This document shows positions 50,466 to 60,795 of a stretch of 64,000 nt of DNA, piece after piece. The notes beneath the pieces are model-generated. The model was given only the letters and a program-made list of their open reading frames with translations. It was not told the origin of the DNA and searched no databases. How positions within the stretch are numbered: the stretch's first letter is position 1; every line of letters starts with the position of its first letter. This stretch comes from Thermoplasmatales archaeon (GTDB taxonomy: Archaea; Thermoplasmatota; Thermoplasmata; Thermoplasmatales; Thermoplasmataceae). A program made the translations under genes and the position numbers. The stretch covers positions 1 to 64,000 of the forward strand of contig DAIDBH010000010.1 in assembly GCA_027310185.1 (NCBI GenBank). The letters are read 5' to 3'.

Positions 50466-52415
50466 TTATCTGCTTGTTTCTTTCTTGAATGTTTCTATGG
50501 CTGCCCTTATCTCATCAACCGATACGGAACTCTCAAGGGTACTGATATCTCCTGGCAGTTGACCAAGGAACACCGCTTTCACCACCCTCCTCATTATCTT
50601 TCCACTTCTTGTTTTAGGAAGGGTGTTTACAATGTGTATCTCGTCCGGAACATATATTGGTCCAAGTTCTTCCCTGATTCTCTTACGGAGAGTGGATATA
50701 ATTTCAGGGGTTCCCCTGAATTCATCCTTAATGACCACAAAAGTCACTATACTCTCTCCCTTTGTCTCGTCGGGTTTACCAAATGCGGCAGCTTCTGCAA
50801 CTTCCCTTGAGGAAATGAGTGCGTCCTCTATTTCTATTGTACCCAGCCTGTGGCCAGACACCTTGAGAACTTCATCTGCTCTTCCAAGCAACCAGTAATA
50901 TCCATCGCTGTCCTTAACCGCATAGTCACCGCAATAATACTTTCCGTTAAACTTCTCAAAGTATACACTCTTGAATCTACCAGGATCATTATTCAGTGTC
51001 AGAAACATTCCAGGCCACGGTTTCCTGTAGGCTATGAATCCCTTCTCACCAGTCTTTACCTCCTTTCCGTTATCGTCCAGAATTACCGGGTCAATGCCGG
51101 GCATTGGGAAAGTTGCTGATCCTGGTTTCAGAGGTGGCAGCCCTATTCCCAGGGCAGGAGCAATTACAAAGCCTCCTGTTTCTGTCTGCCAGTAAGTGTC
51201 AATGATTGGGCACTTTGAATTGCCTATATTCTCATAGTACCATTTCCATGCGGCAGGGTTTATTGGTTCTCCAACGGTTCCAAGCGTTTTCAGCGTAGAC
51301 AGATCGTGCATTTTTGGATACTTTTCTCCAAAACGCATGAGAGTCCTGATTGCGGTTGGGGAAGTATACAGTATATTCACCCTGTAACGCTCTATAATCT
51401 CCCACATCCGATCAGGTTCTGGATATGTTATTGATCCCTCATACATTACTGAGGTGAGGCCAAGGATAAGGGGGGCAAAAACAATATAACTGTGACCAGT
51501 AACCCATCCTATATCTGCTGCACACCACCACCTGTCATCCTCATCGGGATTAAAAGCCCATTTCAGCGTATTTGCAACCCACACTGCATATCCACCGTTT
51601 CCATGGACAACACCCTTTGGCTTCCCTGTTGTTCCAGAGGTGTAAAGAATATACAGGGGATCATTAGAGTCCATTTCTACAGGCTTTACATAGTTCATCC
51701 CATCCCTTACTACATCATGATACCATATATCCCTGTCTTCCTGCATGGATACGTTATGGCCCGTTCTTCTTACAACTATGACGTTTGATACAGTGGAGGT
51801 CTGTTCCAGCGCTTCATCAATAATCTTCTTCAGTTCCACGATTTTTCCGTTCCTGTAACCTCCGTCTGCTGTTATTACCATCTTCGCCTTCGCATCTTCA
51901 ATCCTTTCCGCCACTGCTGAGGCCCCAAAACCTGCAAAGACGAATGAGAAAGTTGCTCCTATCCTTGCTGCTGCAAGCATTGCAACTGGAGCTTCAAGAA
52001 TCATTGGAAGATAAATCAGTATCCTGTCTCCCTTCTTTATTCCAAGATTCAGAAGTGCAAAGGCAAGATTGTTAACCCTTCTGTAAAGACCATCATATGT
52101 TATGATCTTTTCCTCCCCATTCTCGCCTACCCAAATGAAGGCGGCCTTGTTCCTCCTGTGTGAAAGCAGGTGTCTGTCTACTGCATTATAAGAAACATTC
52201 AATTTTCCATTGACAAACCATCTGTAAAATGGAGGGTTGCTATCATCCAGAACCATATCCCAGCGCCTGTCCCAGTCAAGAATTGTGGCTGCCTTGGACC
52301 AGAATTCATCAGGATGTTCTATGGAATCCCTGTATGTCCTTTCAAAGGAACCCATGCCGGGGTGATATCTCTCTTCAGTTGGAAGTACTTCCCTGTTTTC
52401 AGTTCTTTCTGCCAT
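50466..52415 (-). CDS. acs: Acetyl-CoA synthetase (AMP-forming)
   Basis: YTSGTTGKPKG, GEPINP, DTYWQTETG, GHRLGT.EIE, LPKTRSGKIMRR. Confidence 0.95.
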   Translation of the reverse strand: MAERTENREVLPTEERYHPGMGSFERTYRDSIEHPDEFWSKAATILDWDRRWDMVLDDSNPPFYRWFVNGKLNVSYNAVDRHLLSHRRNKAAFIWVGENGEEKIITYDGLYRRVNNLAFALLNLGIKKGDRILIYLPMILEAPVAMLAAARIGATFSFVFAGFGASAVAERIEDAKAKMVITADGGYRNGKIVELKKIIDEALEQTSTVSNVIVVRRTGHNVSMQEDRDIWYHDVVRDGMNYVKPVEMDSNDPLYILYTSGTTGKPKGVVHGNGGYAVWVANTLKWAFNPDEDDRWWCAADIGWVTGHSYIVFAPLILGLTSVMYEGSITYPEPDRMWEIIERYRVNILYTSPTAIRTLMRFGEKYPKMHDLSTLKTLGTVGEPINPAAWKWYYENIGNSKCPIIDTYWQTETGGFVIAPALGIGLPPLKPGSATFPMPGIDPVILDDNGKEVKTGEKGFIAYRKPWPGMFLTLNNDPGRFKSVYFEKFNGKYYCGDYAVKDSDGYYWLLGRADEVLKVSGHRLGTIEIEDALISSREVAEAAAFGKPDETKGESIVTFVVIKDEFRGTPEIISTLRKRIREELGPIYVPDEIHIVNTLPKTRSGKIMRRVVKAVFLGQLPGDISTLESSVSVDEIRAAIETFKKETSR

Positions 52416-52541
52416 ATAGCTTCTATTAAAAGAATTGTACTTAAACCTTCGCCCATCTGCTAAAAAATTAAATATGAATCATATGTATATTTTGTATGGC
52501 AAAGAATTGTTCTATCTTGCTGAAAGGAAGGTGGTAGGTTT

Positions 52542-53156
52542 ATGGAAACTACAGAAGCAAACCCATTTAACAAAGCACTTGCTGCTGACCCGGCTCCACT
52601 GGGTCTTGCAGCTTTTGCTTTTACAACATTCCTGTTGAGCTTTATAAACGCTGGTTTTATAAGCTCAGCGGGTGTCGGAGTTGTGGTTCCCCTAGCAGTT
52701 GCCTACGGTGGATTAGCACAGCTTATCGCTGGCTCCTGGGAAATGAGACGTGGAAACACTTTTGGATTTACTGCATTCAGCAGTTATGGAGCATTCTGGT
52801 TATTCTATGCTTTTCTCAACCTGCTCGCAGACACGCATATTGTATCTACTTTACCAGCGGTCGCTGTAGGATGGGCACTTGTATTATGGGGAATATTTAC
52901 GCTTTATATGTGGGCTGGGGCAATGATGCTAAACGTGACTCTGAATCTGACATTCCTTACCCTCTGGATTACATTCATACTGCTCGGGGCAGGCGCAATT
53001 TATAACAGCACAATAATGACACATCTTGGAGGATACTTTGGAATACTTGCAGCATTTTTCGCGGCTTATACCAGTTTTGCAATTATTGTTAACAGCATAA
53101 GACCCAGGACAATTCCAGTGGGTCCGGGTTTAAAATTCTCAAAAAAATCTCCATAA
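52542..53156 (+). CDS. Acetate uptake transporter (SatP/GPR1/FUN34/YaaH)
   Basis: ADPAPLGL.AF, YGGLAQ, GNTFG.TAFSSYGAFW. Confidence 0.92.
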   Translation: METTEANPFNKALAADPAPLGLAAFAFTTFLLSFINAGFISSAGVGVVVPLAVAYGGLAQLIAGSWEMRRGNTFGFTAFSSYGAFWLFYAFLNLLADTHIVSTLPAVAVGWALVLWGIFTLYMWAGAMMLNVTLNLTFLTLWITFILLGAGAIYNSTIMTHLGGYFGILAAFFAAYTSFAIIVNSIRPRTIPVGPGLKFSKKSP

Positions 53157-53284
53157 GACATAGATTATCAAATTCATTTTTAAGATACTACAATTTTTTT
53201 ATGTTCTTATTTAAAAACATTTACCAGACCATCCTATTTCATATGGTAAAGATAATTTTATACTAAACTTTTTAATAAGGAAAC

Positions 53285-54223
53285 ATGGAGTATATGTCTT
53301 TAGGTGGAAACAAAGAATTAAAGGTTTCAAGAGTTGGCATGGGGTTATGGCAGGCAAGCAATGCCTGGAATGCTGATGAAGATGGTGTTATAGAAGCAGT
53401 AGGTGAGGCAAAGAAGAATGGAATCAATTTTGTGGATACGGCAGAGCAATATGGAAATGGAAACAGTGAAAAGGTACTGGGAAGGGCATTAAAAAAATAT
53501 GGCAGGGAAAATTTCTTCGTGGCAACAAAAGTCTATGGGGCGCACCTCAGATATGATGAACTGCAAAGGGCTGCAAGTGCTAGTATTCAGAGACTCGGTA
53601 TAGACCATATAGATCTTTATCAGATTCACTGGCCAGATCCATGGGAACAGATCCCTCTTAGCCATACGTTTAAAGCTATGAAAAAACTATACGAAGAGGG
53701 TAAAATCAGGGCAATAGGGGTAAGCAACTTTGCAGTCAGGGACATAGAAGAGGCGAGAGGGATACTGGGAGACGTTCCAATAGTCTCAAATCAGGTAAGG
53801 TATAATTTGCTGCAGAGAAACATAGAAGAAGAGGTGATTCCATACTGTAGAAAGCACCACATAAGCATAATTGCATGGAGTCCACTGGCACAGGGTGTTC
53901 TGACCGGAAAGTACAACACGGGCAATATACCAAAAGGTGACGTTAGGGAAGGAAATGAGCTTTTTGCCCCAAAGAATCTCGAAGCCGTAAAGGATGTCCT
54001 TACCCTGTTAAGGTCCCTAGGTGAGAAATACTCAAAGACACCAGCGCAGATTGCTCTGAACTGGTTGATTTCAAAGAAGGATGTTATACCAATTCCAGGT
54101 GCTAAGAACATTAAGCAGGCAAAGGAAAATGCTGATTCAGTATCATTCAAACTTACGGGAAGTGAGATTTCAGAAATGGAATCGTTATCTAGTGCTGCGT
54201 TGATTGACTATCTGCCGCAATGA
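53285..54223 (+). CDS. Aldo/keto reductase
   Basis: DTAEQYG, ATK, IDLYQIHWP, IGVSNF, WSPLAQG, PIPG. Confidence 0.93.
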   Translation: MEYMSLGGNKELKVSRVGMGLWQASNAWNADEDGVIEAVGEAKKNGINFVDTAEQYGNGNSEKVLGRALKKYGRENFFVATKVYGAHLRYDELQRAASASIQRLGIDHIDLYQIHWPDPWEQIPLSHTFKAMKKLYEEGKIRAIGVSNFAVRDIEEARGILGDVPIVSNQVRYNLLQRNIEEEVIPYCRKHHISIIAWSPLAQGVLTGKYNTGNIPKGDVREGNELFAPKNLEAVKDVLTLLRSLGEKYSKTPAQIALNWLISKKDVIPIPGAKNIKQAKENADSVSFKLTGSEISEMESLSSAALIDYLPQ

Positions 54224-54372
54224 CATGATATAAGTGGCATTTCTTATATTTTCTACATCTTAATTATAAACTCATAAAAATTGAGAATTACAGAAATGAT
54301 ATCCTTTGATAATGAGAATATCATCCCAAGGAGTGGCAATTAAGCTTATATAACCCGGGCAAATGAATATTC

Positions 54373-54900
54373 ATGAGCTACAGGGACTCAATGAATTTTA
54401 AAGGCTCTAAAGCAACACAGTTATTGAGGGATCAGCATTATACGACAGTTGGAATAACAGAGGATTTCCTGGGCAACAAAATTGATATCACTGAATTTTT
54501 AAAGCATATCGATTATACGATAAAAGTTCATTTTTCACTGGAAGATACTGTTCTCATACCCATATTTAGCCCCTATCTGAGGCAATATATGGAATTCGAG
54601 GAGCCCATACGAATAATTTCTGCAGAACACGTATCTGTGAAAAGTATGTTCAACGGAATTCATAAACCAAGGATATATGAAGGAGAACAGGAAATAGCAC
54701 CTACACAGGAGGAGATAATAGGCAAAAGTGGGCAGATTGCAAGGATAATGCTTCAGCATGTTTACAAGGAAGAAAACGGGCTTTTTGGACTTGTGGAACA
54801 GTATCTACCTGGACCTGAAAAGGACAATGTAGCCAACCAGTTGACTGCGAAGTTCACAACACTGGACAGTGAGTACAGAAGCAGATCAAAAACTCAATAG
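54373..54900 (+). CDS. Hemerythrin-like domain protein
   Basis: DQH, HFSLED, EH, HVYKEE..LF. Confidence 0.8.
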   Translation: MSYRDSMNFKGSKATQLLRDQHYTTVGITEDFLGNKIDITEFLKHIDYTIKVHFSLEDTVLIPIFSPYLRQYMEFEEPIRIISAEHVSVKSMFNGIHKPRIYEGEQEIAPTQEEIIGKSGQIARIMLQHVYKEENGLFGLVEQYLPGPEKDNVANQLTAKFTTLDSEYRSRSKTQ

Positions 54901-55225
54901 GGCTAAAATGGAAAATCATCATCTACTTGGGTTGTAAATATCCATTTAATCAGGATTATTTTGCTTGTTTAGGATGGCAAAAAAGACTTACAGCTAATTA
55001 AATTGAGTGAAAAAAGTACTTCAGTCGTTATATTCACAGGACCTGATGAAAAAATGACGATGACTGAGGGACCTGAACCAAACAGTCATCAACATGAAAA
55101 TAAAGTGATGGAAGAAATTTACTGGGGATCACTTCGTGGCCACTATGAATGGCTGTTCAAGTATCATTTCAAGGAGGACTATTTTCAGGATTAATTATCC
55201 CCAGATTTTAGGTTTGGGAGTTAAT

Positions 55226-56206
55226 TTATCCAACAATTTCCTTCAATTTTCTCACATTCTTTATCAATCTCGAGAACCCATTGAAATCTAGCTGTTGTTT
55301 TGCATCAGAAAGAGCCTTATCAGGATTGTTATGTACTTCGATTTCCAGCATATCCGCTCCAGAAGCTACTGCTGCCATAGCGAGAGTCTCTACATACTCT
55401 CTCTTTCCTGCAGGATGGCTTGGATCTGCACAAACTGGTAAATGCGATCTTTCCCTGAGGACAGGTACGGCACCACTATCCATCATGAATCGTGTGCTGT
55501 CCTCGAAGCTTCTCACACCGCGATAGCACATTACAACGTTTCCATTACCACCTGAGAGAATGTATTCAGCAGAGTTGAGCCATTCTGATATTGTATTTCC
55601 CATTCCGTTCTTCAGAAGTACCGGCACTTCTCTCTGGCCGAGGAATCGCAGAAGTGAAAAGTTCTGTGAATTCCTTGAGCCTACCTGAAGCATGTCAATA
55701 TTTCCTTCAAAATGCTTGTAATCTGATATATCCATAATTTCAGAAACAGTTGGGAGTCCAGTGGAATCACTAACTTTCTTCATCATTTTAATTCCTTTCA
55801 TCCCGAGACCCTGGAAGGAATATGGAGTTGTCCTGGGTTTGAAAGCTCCACCCCTCAGCAAGTCTGCACCCAATTCCTTAACCCTCTCACCAATTTCCAT
55901 CAACTGTTCATCCGATTCAACTGCGCATGGCCCAGCAGCAACCACAAGTTTCCCGCTGCCTATCTTCACGTTTCCCACAGTGACAAAAGTAGACTCCTGT
56001 TTTACCTTTCTTGAATAAAGGCCATCAGGGATCACCGTTGCATCCTTGATAGGTATGTATTCCACATCTGTGGAGGAGTAATTAGTGATGAAAAGGCTCT
56101 TTCCATAAAGATTGACCTTCCGGAACGTCATTGAAGAATCCATAAGTGCATCTTTCACGAAGGGTTCATTCGCTTCATCATTCGGTATTATTATCAAAGA
56201 TCTCAC
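55226..56206 (-). CDS. aroF: DAHP synthase (type I-beta)
   Basis: AGPCAVES, RGGAFKPRT.PYSFQG, QVGSRN, DPSH, EVH.NPD.ALSD. Confidence 0.93.
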   Translation of the reverse strand: MRSLIIIPNDEANEPFVKDALMDSSMTFRKVNLYGKSLFITNYSSTDVEYIPIKDATVIPDGLYSRKVKQESTFVTVGNVKIGSGKLVVAAGPCAVESDEQLMEIGERVKELGADLLRGGAFKPRTTPYSFQGLGMKGIKMMKKVSDSTGLPTVSEIMDISDYKHFEGNIDMLQVGSRNSQNFSLLRFLGQREVPVLLKNGMGNTISEWLNSAEYILSGGNGNVVMCYRGVRSFEDSTRFMMDSGAVPVLRERSHLPVCADPSHPAGKREYVETLAMAAVASGADMLEIEVHNNPDKALSDAKQQLDFNGFSRLIKNVRKLKEIVG

Positions 56207-56849
56207 CTCTCAGATCATCAATGGTTCTTCTCATTGTCTCTAGTGCGTCATTTGAAAATGGATTCAATCTGATGGTGTCAATAAGTGTTGAGGGACCCTG
56301 CAGCGAACAGATATCAGACACCTGATCCATAATGATTCTCGATCTTGTTTTCAGTTCAGTTTTATTGGAAATTCTTGAAGATAACATGGAAATCAGGTAT
56401 GGGATTACCTGGAGTTCTATCATCAGGCGATCATGCTCTTCAGACTTCATGGAAATGACATTATAACCCGGGAATAGGGTGGAGATAATATCTTCTGAGC
56501 CATGAAATGAAATGTCTGTAATAAACAGGATATTTCTTAATTTCTGGTCATCTATTGAAAGAGGGCCAAAAAGTGGATGTATACTTATTATCCTGTCTGC
56601 AAATTTCCGGAACGGATCCTTCGAGGAAGATACTTCGATAATCTTCCTGGAAGCCCCAAACTTTTCTATAATGTCCATAGCAACAGAAGCTGGAACGGCC
56701 AGAAAGATGAAATCAGATTTTTTCATTTCTTCGTTTAACATCCCGTAATTCTGGATATCCACCCCTTCCACATCATGACCATAGTTACTGAATAAATGCA
56801 TCAAGGTGGTACCAAACCTACCGGAAGAACCCACGATCAGTATCTTCAT
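56178..56849 (-). CDS. tyrA: Prephenate dehydrogenase
   Basis: MKILIVGSSGRFG Rossmann fold, SIHPLFGP, EHDRLM..LQ. Confidence 0.85.
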   Translation of the reverse strand: MKILIVGSSGRFGTTLMHLFSNYGHDVEGVDIQNYGMLNEEMKKSDFIFLAVPASVAMDIIEKFGASRKIIEVSSSKDPFRKFADRIISIHPLFGPLSIDDQKLRNILFITDISFHGSEDIISTLFPGYNVISMKSEEHDRLMIELQVIPYLISMLSSRISNKTELKTRSRIIMDQVSDICSLQGPSTLIDTIRLNPFSNDALETMRRTIDDLRGEIFDNNTE

Positions 56850-56850
56850 T

Positions 56851-57432
56851 TCAGTCACACTCCACAAGAATTTTCTTGAATCCGCCCTTTTCCATCAAAC
56901 TATCAAAGGAAAATTTCCTCAGTTCACTATTGAAAGCATCTATCCTGAGATTTAGCTCATCTGTTTTTATACTGATTTTTAGGTCATAATTATCAGTGCT
57001 CCCCCTTATTATATGCGAACCTCTTGAAATTGCCGCCTTAATGAAGGGATGCTCCCTGTCACAAGTGTGGTATATTTCATCTCCTGTAAGACAGACAATT
57101 CTTCCAATTTCATATTCTGCCGTCCTGCATTCACGCTCCTCTGGGGAATATTCGCTTATCAACCCAGCCTGGGCACGGGTAGTGAGTTCAAACAACGCAT
57201 TAATAAAACTGCGCTCCTCAGCTGACCGTACACCAATTCTCCGGATGACTTTCAATTCCTGGTTCCTGTCCCGGAGATCAGCCCCTTTCCTTAGTTTTTC
57301 CTGAAATATAAGGCGTGATATCTCTATCCTCTTCCTGAACATTTCTGTAATTTCTCTGGTGTTCGATAGAAGCTCTTCCCTTAATTTTTCAAGATTGTCC
57401 TCTGCTTTTTCATTACCTATAAAATAAACCAC
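56851..57432 (-). CDS. Chorismate mutase (AroQ) with C-terminal extension
   Basis: LEKLREEL..NTREI..MF.KR..IS..I..EK....LRD..QE; operon context; start uncertain. Confidence 0.75.
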   Translation of the reverse strand: MVYFIGNEKAEDNLEKLREELLSNTREITEMFRKRIEISRLIFQEKLRKGADLRDRNQELKVIRRIGVRSAEERSFINALFELTTRAQAGLISEYSPEERECRTAEYEIGRIVCLTGDEIYHTCDREHPFIKAAISRGSHIIRGSTDNYDLKISIKTDELNLRIDAFNSELRKFSFDSLMEKGGFKKILVECD

Positions 57433-57450
57433 TTCTTTTTGTGTTCATCG

Positions 57451-57469
57451 TGCTAGATATTATCTAGCA
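57451..57469. promoter_or_regulatory. Perfect 9-1-9 palindrome between the TATA box and start of the aro operon
   Basis: TGCTAGATA-T-TATCTAGCA directly next to the minus-strand TTTATATT box. Confidence 0.65.
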
Positions 57470-57752
57470 ATATAAACTTTTCTTTAAAAGATTTCACTAT
57501 GATTTCATCACGAATCAGCATTGTTTTTACATAAAATCCAAAATATATCTCATGCAGTCATATCCAATGGGCATTACTTACTGACACTCAAATTCTTAAT
57601 ACACACGTTTGTTGTTTCGCTTTTCAACAGAGAGTCAAATAACCATGAATAAGCCACTCCAGAGTTGGACTTCTTCCCATCAAGTACCTATCTAATATAA
57701 AATACAACTACAATCTATAATTATGTCAAAGGAAGACTTTGAGATAAACTTC

Positions 57753-58964
57753 CTACCTACTATACTGAATGGTCTGAGGAATTTTAACAGATGAAGCATT
57801 CAGGAATTCTGACAGCAAATTTATGGATTCAGTCATTGCTCCCAGTGTCCTCTTCCTGGAAAAATTTCTACCTTCATCATAGATCGCATTTATCTTAAGC
57901 TCTCTATTCTTGCGATCTAATTTAAGGTCAACTCTTCCTACAATTTTATCACCATGAAGGAACGGCATGCAGTAGAAGCCGTATTTTCTTTTTTGCTCTG
58001 GAACATACATTTCCATCCTGCTATCAAAATTGAATATCTCCTGTGTCCTCTTCCTGTCTATAGTTAAATTATCAAAGGGGGAAAGTAATACAGATACCGG
58101 TCTCCAATTATTTTCCAGTTTTTCTAGATTTGGTAAATCCTTTTTCAGTATGAACCATTTCTTCCTTGTCCCTGAACTATTTTCTTTTATCTCTACAGGT
58201 ACTATCACTGATCCATCCTGAAGTTCTTTCACAACCTGCATCAGATGGGGAAAAGTAACAGGAGCATAATGCCTGCTGATCTGTTCTGGAGTAGCAATTC
58301 CCAGCGCCTCAAGAGATTTCTGGAACACTATCTTTTCTGCCTCCTTCCTTTCAATCAAGTCCTTCTTCATTGAGCAGTCGAAGTAATTTTCAGGAATATC
58401 CCACACTTTCTGGTTTGATGATGTCCTATCACTTACAATGAGATCACCAGTCCTGTGCATCAGATCAAGAAGTAGGTTCACCTTTCTTTCATGCCCCCAC
58501 CCACTGAGTTCTGATTTGATTTTTAACTCTGAAAGTTTATTTGAAGTAGTAGGACCATTAGATCTTACAAACTCTTTAATTTCATCAATTGAAGACTTAA
58601 TCTCAGGATGTGCCATCAAGTAATTCTTCCTTCTTTCATTCATACTCATTCTCAAGATATGGAAATCCTCAGCAATTGAAATAGATGCCTGATGAGCATA
58701 GGACTCAACCAGAAGATGATCTCTGTATATCAGGTCCAGAAGGTTCTGCCTGTTGAAACTACCAATTCTGCTCCAGAGGGTAAGGTAATGACTTCTTTCA
58801 ACTGTATATACAGGATCCAGCTGGACGTATTTTAAATCATGAAAAACTTCTAAAATTTTTTGCTTTTCATTCGACTTCTTGCGGTTGCTTCCAGAGAGAT
58901 GCTGTCGCAAGATAGAAAATCTGGCAACATCTTTCATCGATACCTGAACAACATCACTTCCCAT
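57753..58964 (-). CDS. YcaQ/AlkZ-family (HTH_42) crosslink-repair DNA glycosylase
   Basis: VQLDP..VERSH...LWSR, LLSPFD.L..DR.R, E.Y.P..KR.YG.Y, VGRVDLK.DR. Confidence 0.88.
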   Translation of the reverse strand: MGSDVVQVSMKDVARFSILRQHLSGSNRKKSNEKQKILEVFHDLKYVQLDPVYTVERSHYLTLWSRIGSFNRQNLLDLIYRDHLLVESYAHQASISIAEDFHILRMSMNERRKNYLMAHPEIKSSIDEIKEFVRSNGPTTSNKLSELKIKSELSGWGHERKVNLLLDLMHRTGDLIVSDRTSSNQKVWDIPENYFDCSMKKDLIERKEAEKIVFQKSLEALGIATPEQISRHYAPVTFPHLMQVVKELQDGSVIVPVEIKENSSGTRKKWFILKKDLPNLEKLENNWRPVSVLLSPFDNLTIDRKRTQEIFNFDSRMEMYVPEQKRKYGFYCMPFLHGDKIVGRVDLKLDRKNRELKINAIYDEGRNFSRKRTLGAMTESINLLSEFLNASSVKIPQTIQYSR

Positions 58965-59146
58965 TTTGAATGCATAATATACAGTATAATAATAAAGAGA
59001 TCATTTGTTTCAATGGAAATTCATTCATGTGACATCTTCCGATCCGTATGTGGGATTTTGCTTCCAATCAACGCCAGATTAAATTTTCAACAGGCATTCT
59101 CCGTGGAAGGTATAGGAGACTAAATTAGAATGATAGACCAGTCCAT

Positions 59147-59884
59147 TCAGGCATTTCCAAATTTATCAATTTTTTCAATTATTGAGTTCTGAACTCCCCT
59201 TGAATCAAACGAAATCATGTATCTGTCAAAGTATTTTTGGAGAGAAGATAACCCCTTAATAAGGGCACTTCTTGCCTCCTCCAATCTTAACCACGGAGGG
59301 ATACCAAGTCGATCCGCTCTGATTGCATCCGCCAGATCAATGAACCATGGCTCATCATCCAACACAAGTATGTTGAAAGGACTCAGATCTGTATGTATAA
59401 TCCCTGCTACTGCCAATTGTTCAATTCCGTTCAAGGTCAGCTTCATGAAATTATCCGGATCTCTGAGTTCAACTCGTTGAAGTAAAGGTGCAGGAGACAT
59501 TTCTGTTCCAAGATATTGCATGGAAAACATATTTTCAACTCTCTTAAATGGTTCCGGAACACTCGCACCTCCTTGATACGCGTAATTAAGAAGTTCAAAT
59601 TCTCTTACGGCTATATTGCTTATTGTGTCCAGCTTTATTGTGCTATGATCCCTGTGAGATGTCCTGTATTGACGATATACTTTTACAGAGATGAGATCGT
59701 TCCTATCCATGCACAGATAAACATCGGCCTCCTTTCCAGAGCCCAATAGTTTCCCTACTCTTGTCGCGAGTCCACTGTCAATTATTGCTTCTGTCACATC
59801 GCTGTATGATGGCTCCTCGAAGCTGATCTTGCCATTCTTTATCTTCCATTTTGTACTTTTGTCTAGATATTCCCTATTAGGCAT
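59147..59884 (-). CDS. RIO1-family atypical Ser/Thr kinase
   Basis: SGKEADVY, KVYR, IHTDLSPFNIL, IDLADA; GGAGG SD. Confidence 0.88.
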   Translation of the reverse strand: MPNREYLDKSTKWKIKNGKISFEEPSYSDVTEAIIDSGLATRVGKLLGSGKEADVYLCMDRNDLISVKVYRQYRTSHRDHSTIKLDTISNIAVREFELLNYAYQGGASVPEPFKRVENMFSMQYLGTEMSPAPLLQRVELRDPDNFMKLTLNGIEQLAVAGIIHTDLSPFNILVLDDEPWFIDLADAIRADRLGIPPWLRLEEARSALIKGLSSLQKYFDRYMISFDSRGVQNSIIEKIDKFGNA

Positions 59885-60245
59885 TTTTCCTCCCTTAAAA
59901 AGATGAATAGAACACGTTTTTCATTCCGTAAAGTTAAAGGAAGCATGTACGCACCATAATGCAACCCAATCTATTGATTTCAAAAACCTGATCTTTTGGA
60001 AATCTAAAAATCATTCAACACAAAACCAGGCATCTAACTTAACTGAAACGTTACTATAATAAAACATGTCATTCAAACCTCCTGGCTTTTTGCCATATAT
60101 ATATTTCTAAATGTTATTTAATTATTTCCAGGAAACATTGAAAAAATTCAGAATCCTGTCCTAAATGGCCGGTTGTTTCATTTTTGATCTAGTGTCTATG
60201 GGGGGTTAATATTTTTCATTCATTGGGAAATAATTTATACTTAGA

Positions 60246-60599
60246 ATGTTTTTAAGGATCATGATGTCTGTAACAGTATCAGGAAAGATAGAGCATGGAG
60301 ATTTGGAAAATATTTTCAGCAGGAATGTTCAGGAAGTGTCATTCACAAAATTCTATAAATCTGGAAATGTGGAAGCACTAAATATGGCAGGCTCAACCTT
60401 TTTCTTCAGAAGTAACGATACAATTGGATTCATCTTTCTATCTTTCTATGATGGCTCTGAGCAGAAGATAGATTTTGGCAGAGTAGGGGGTGGATCAGGC
60501 ATTCTTAACATACGATGGGGTGCAGGAAACAAACTTGAAGAAAATATACTTCAGGAAATTAAACAGGCAGCTGATGGTGCTGGGGTCACAGTAACCTAA
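60246..60599 (+). CDS. Hypothetical protein
   Basis: 117-aa ORF with FFFRSN and GGGSG.L...WGA motifs. Confidence 0.65.
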   Translation: MFLRIMMSVTVSGKIEHGDLENIFSRNVQEVSFTKFYKSGNVEALNMAGSTFFFRSNDTIGFIFLSFYDGSEQKIDFGRVGGGSGILNIRWGAGNKLEENILQEIKQAADGAGVTVT

Positions 60600-60741
60600 T
60601 CTTCCTGGGAAGTTCTGTCAACGAACTTCTCTAGATGGCATTGAAAAAATCTCCACGTCATGATCATCTCTGGTGAACTAGAACAGTGAATTCCTTAAAC
60701 AAGCGGCTCTTTTGAATATTTTGCTAATAAGTCTCTGATAG

Positions 60742-60756
60742 GTTCAAAATTTGAAC
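60742..60756. promoter_or_regulatory. 7-1-7 palindrome upstream of the ABC exporter promoter
   Basis: GTTCAAA-A-TTTGAAC just upstream of a TTTTAACT TATA-like box. Confidence 0.4.
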
Positions 60757-60795
60757 GCATCTGACAGGTTTTAACTAAGCGCATGATTAAGCTAT

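Noticed and set aside
54308-54326. Fur-box-like GATAATGAGAAT upstream of the hemerythrin gene
   Set aside because: Only the left part matches; too weak in AT-rich DNA
55003-55194. 63-aa ORF with TTG start
   Set aside because: No motif or clear translation signals; possibly a gene remnant
57652-57658. AGCCACT matching the tRNA-Thr 3' end as a possible att site
   Set aside because: Only 7 nt and no integrase in the window
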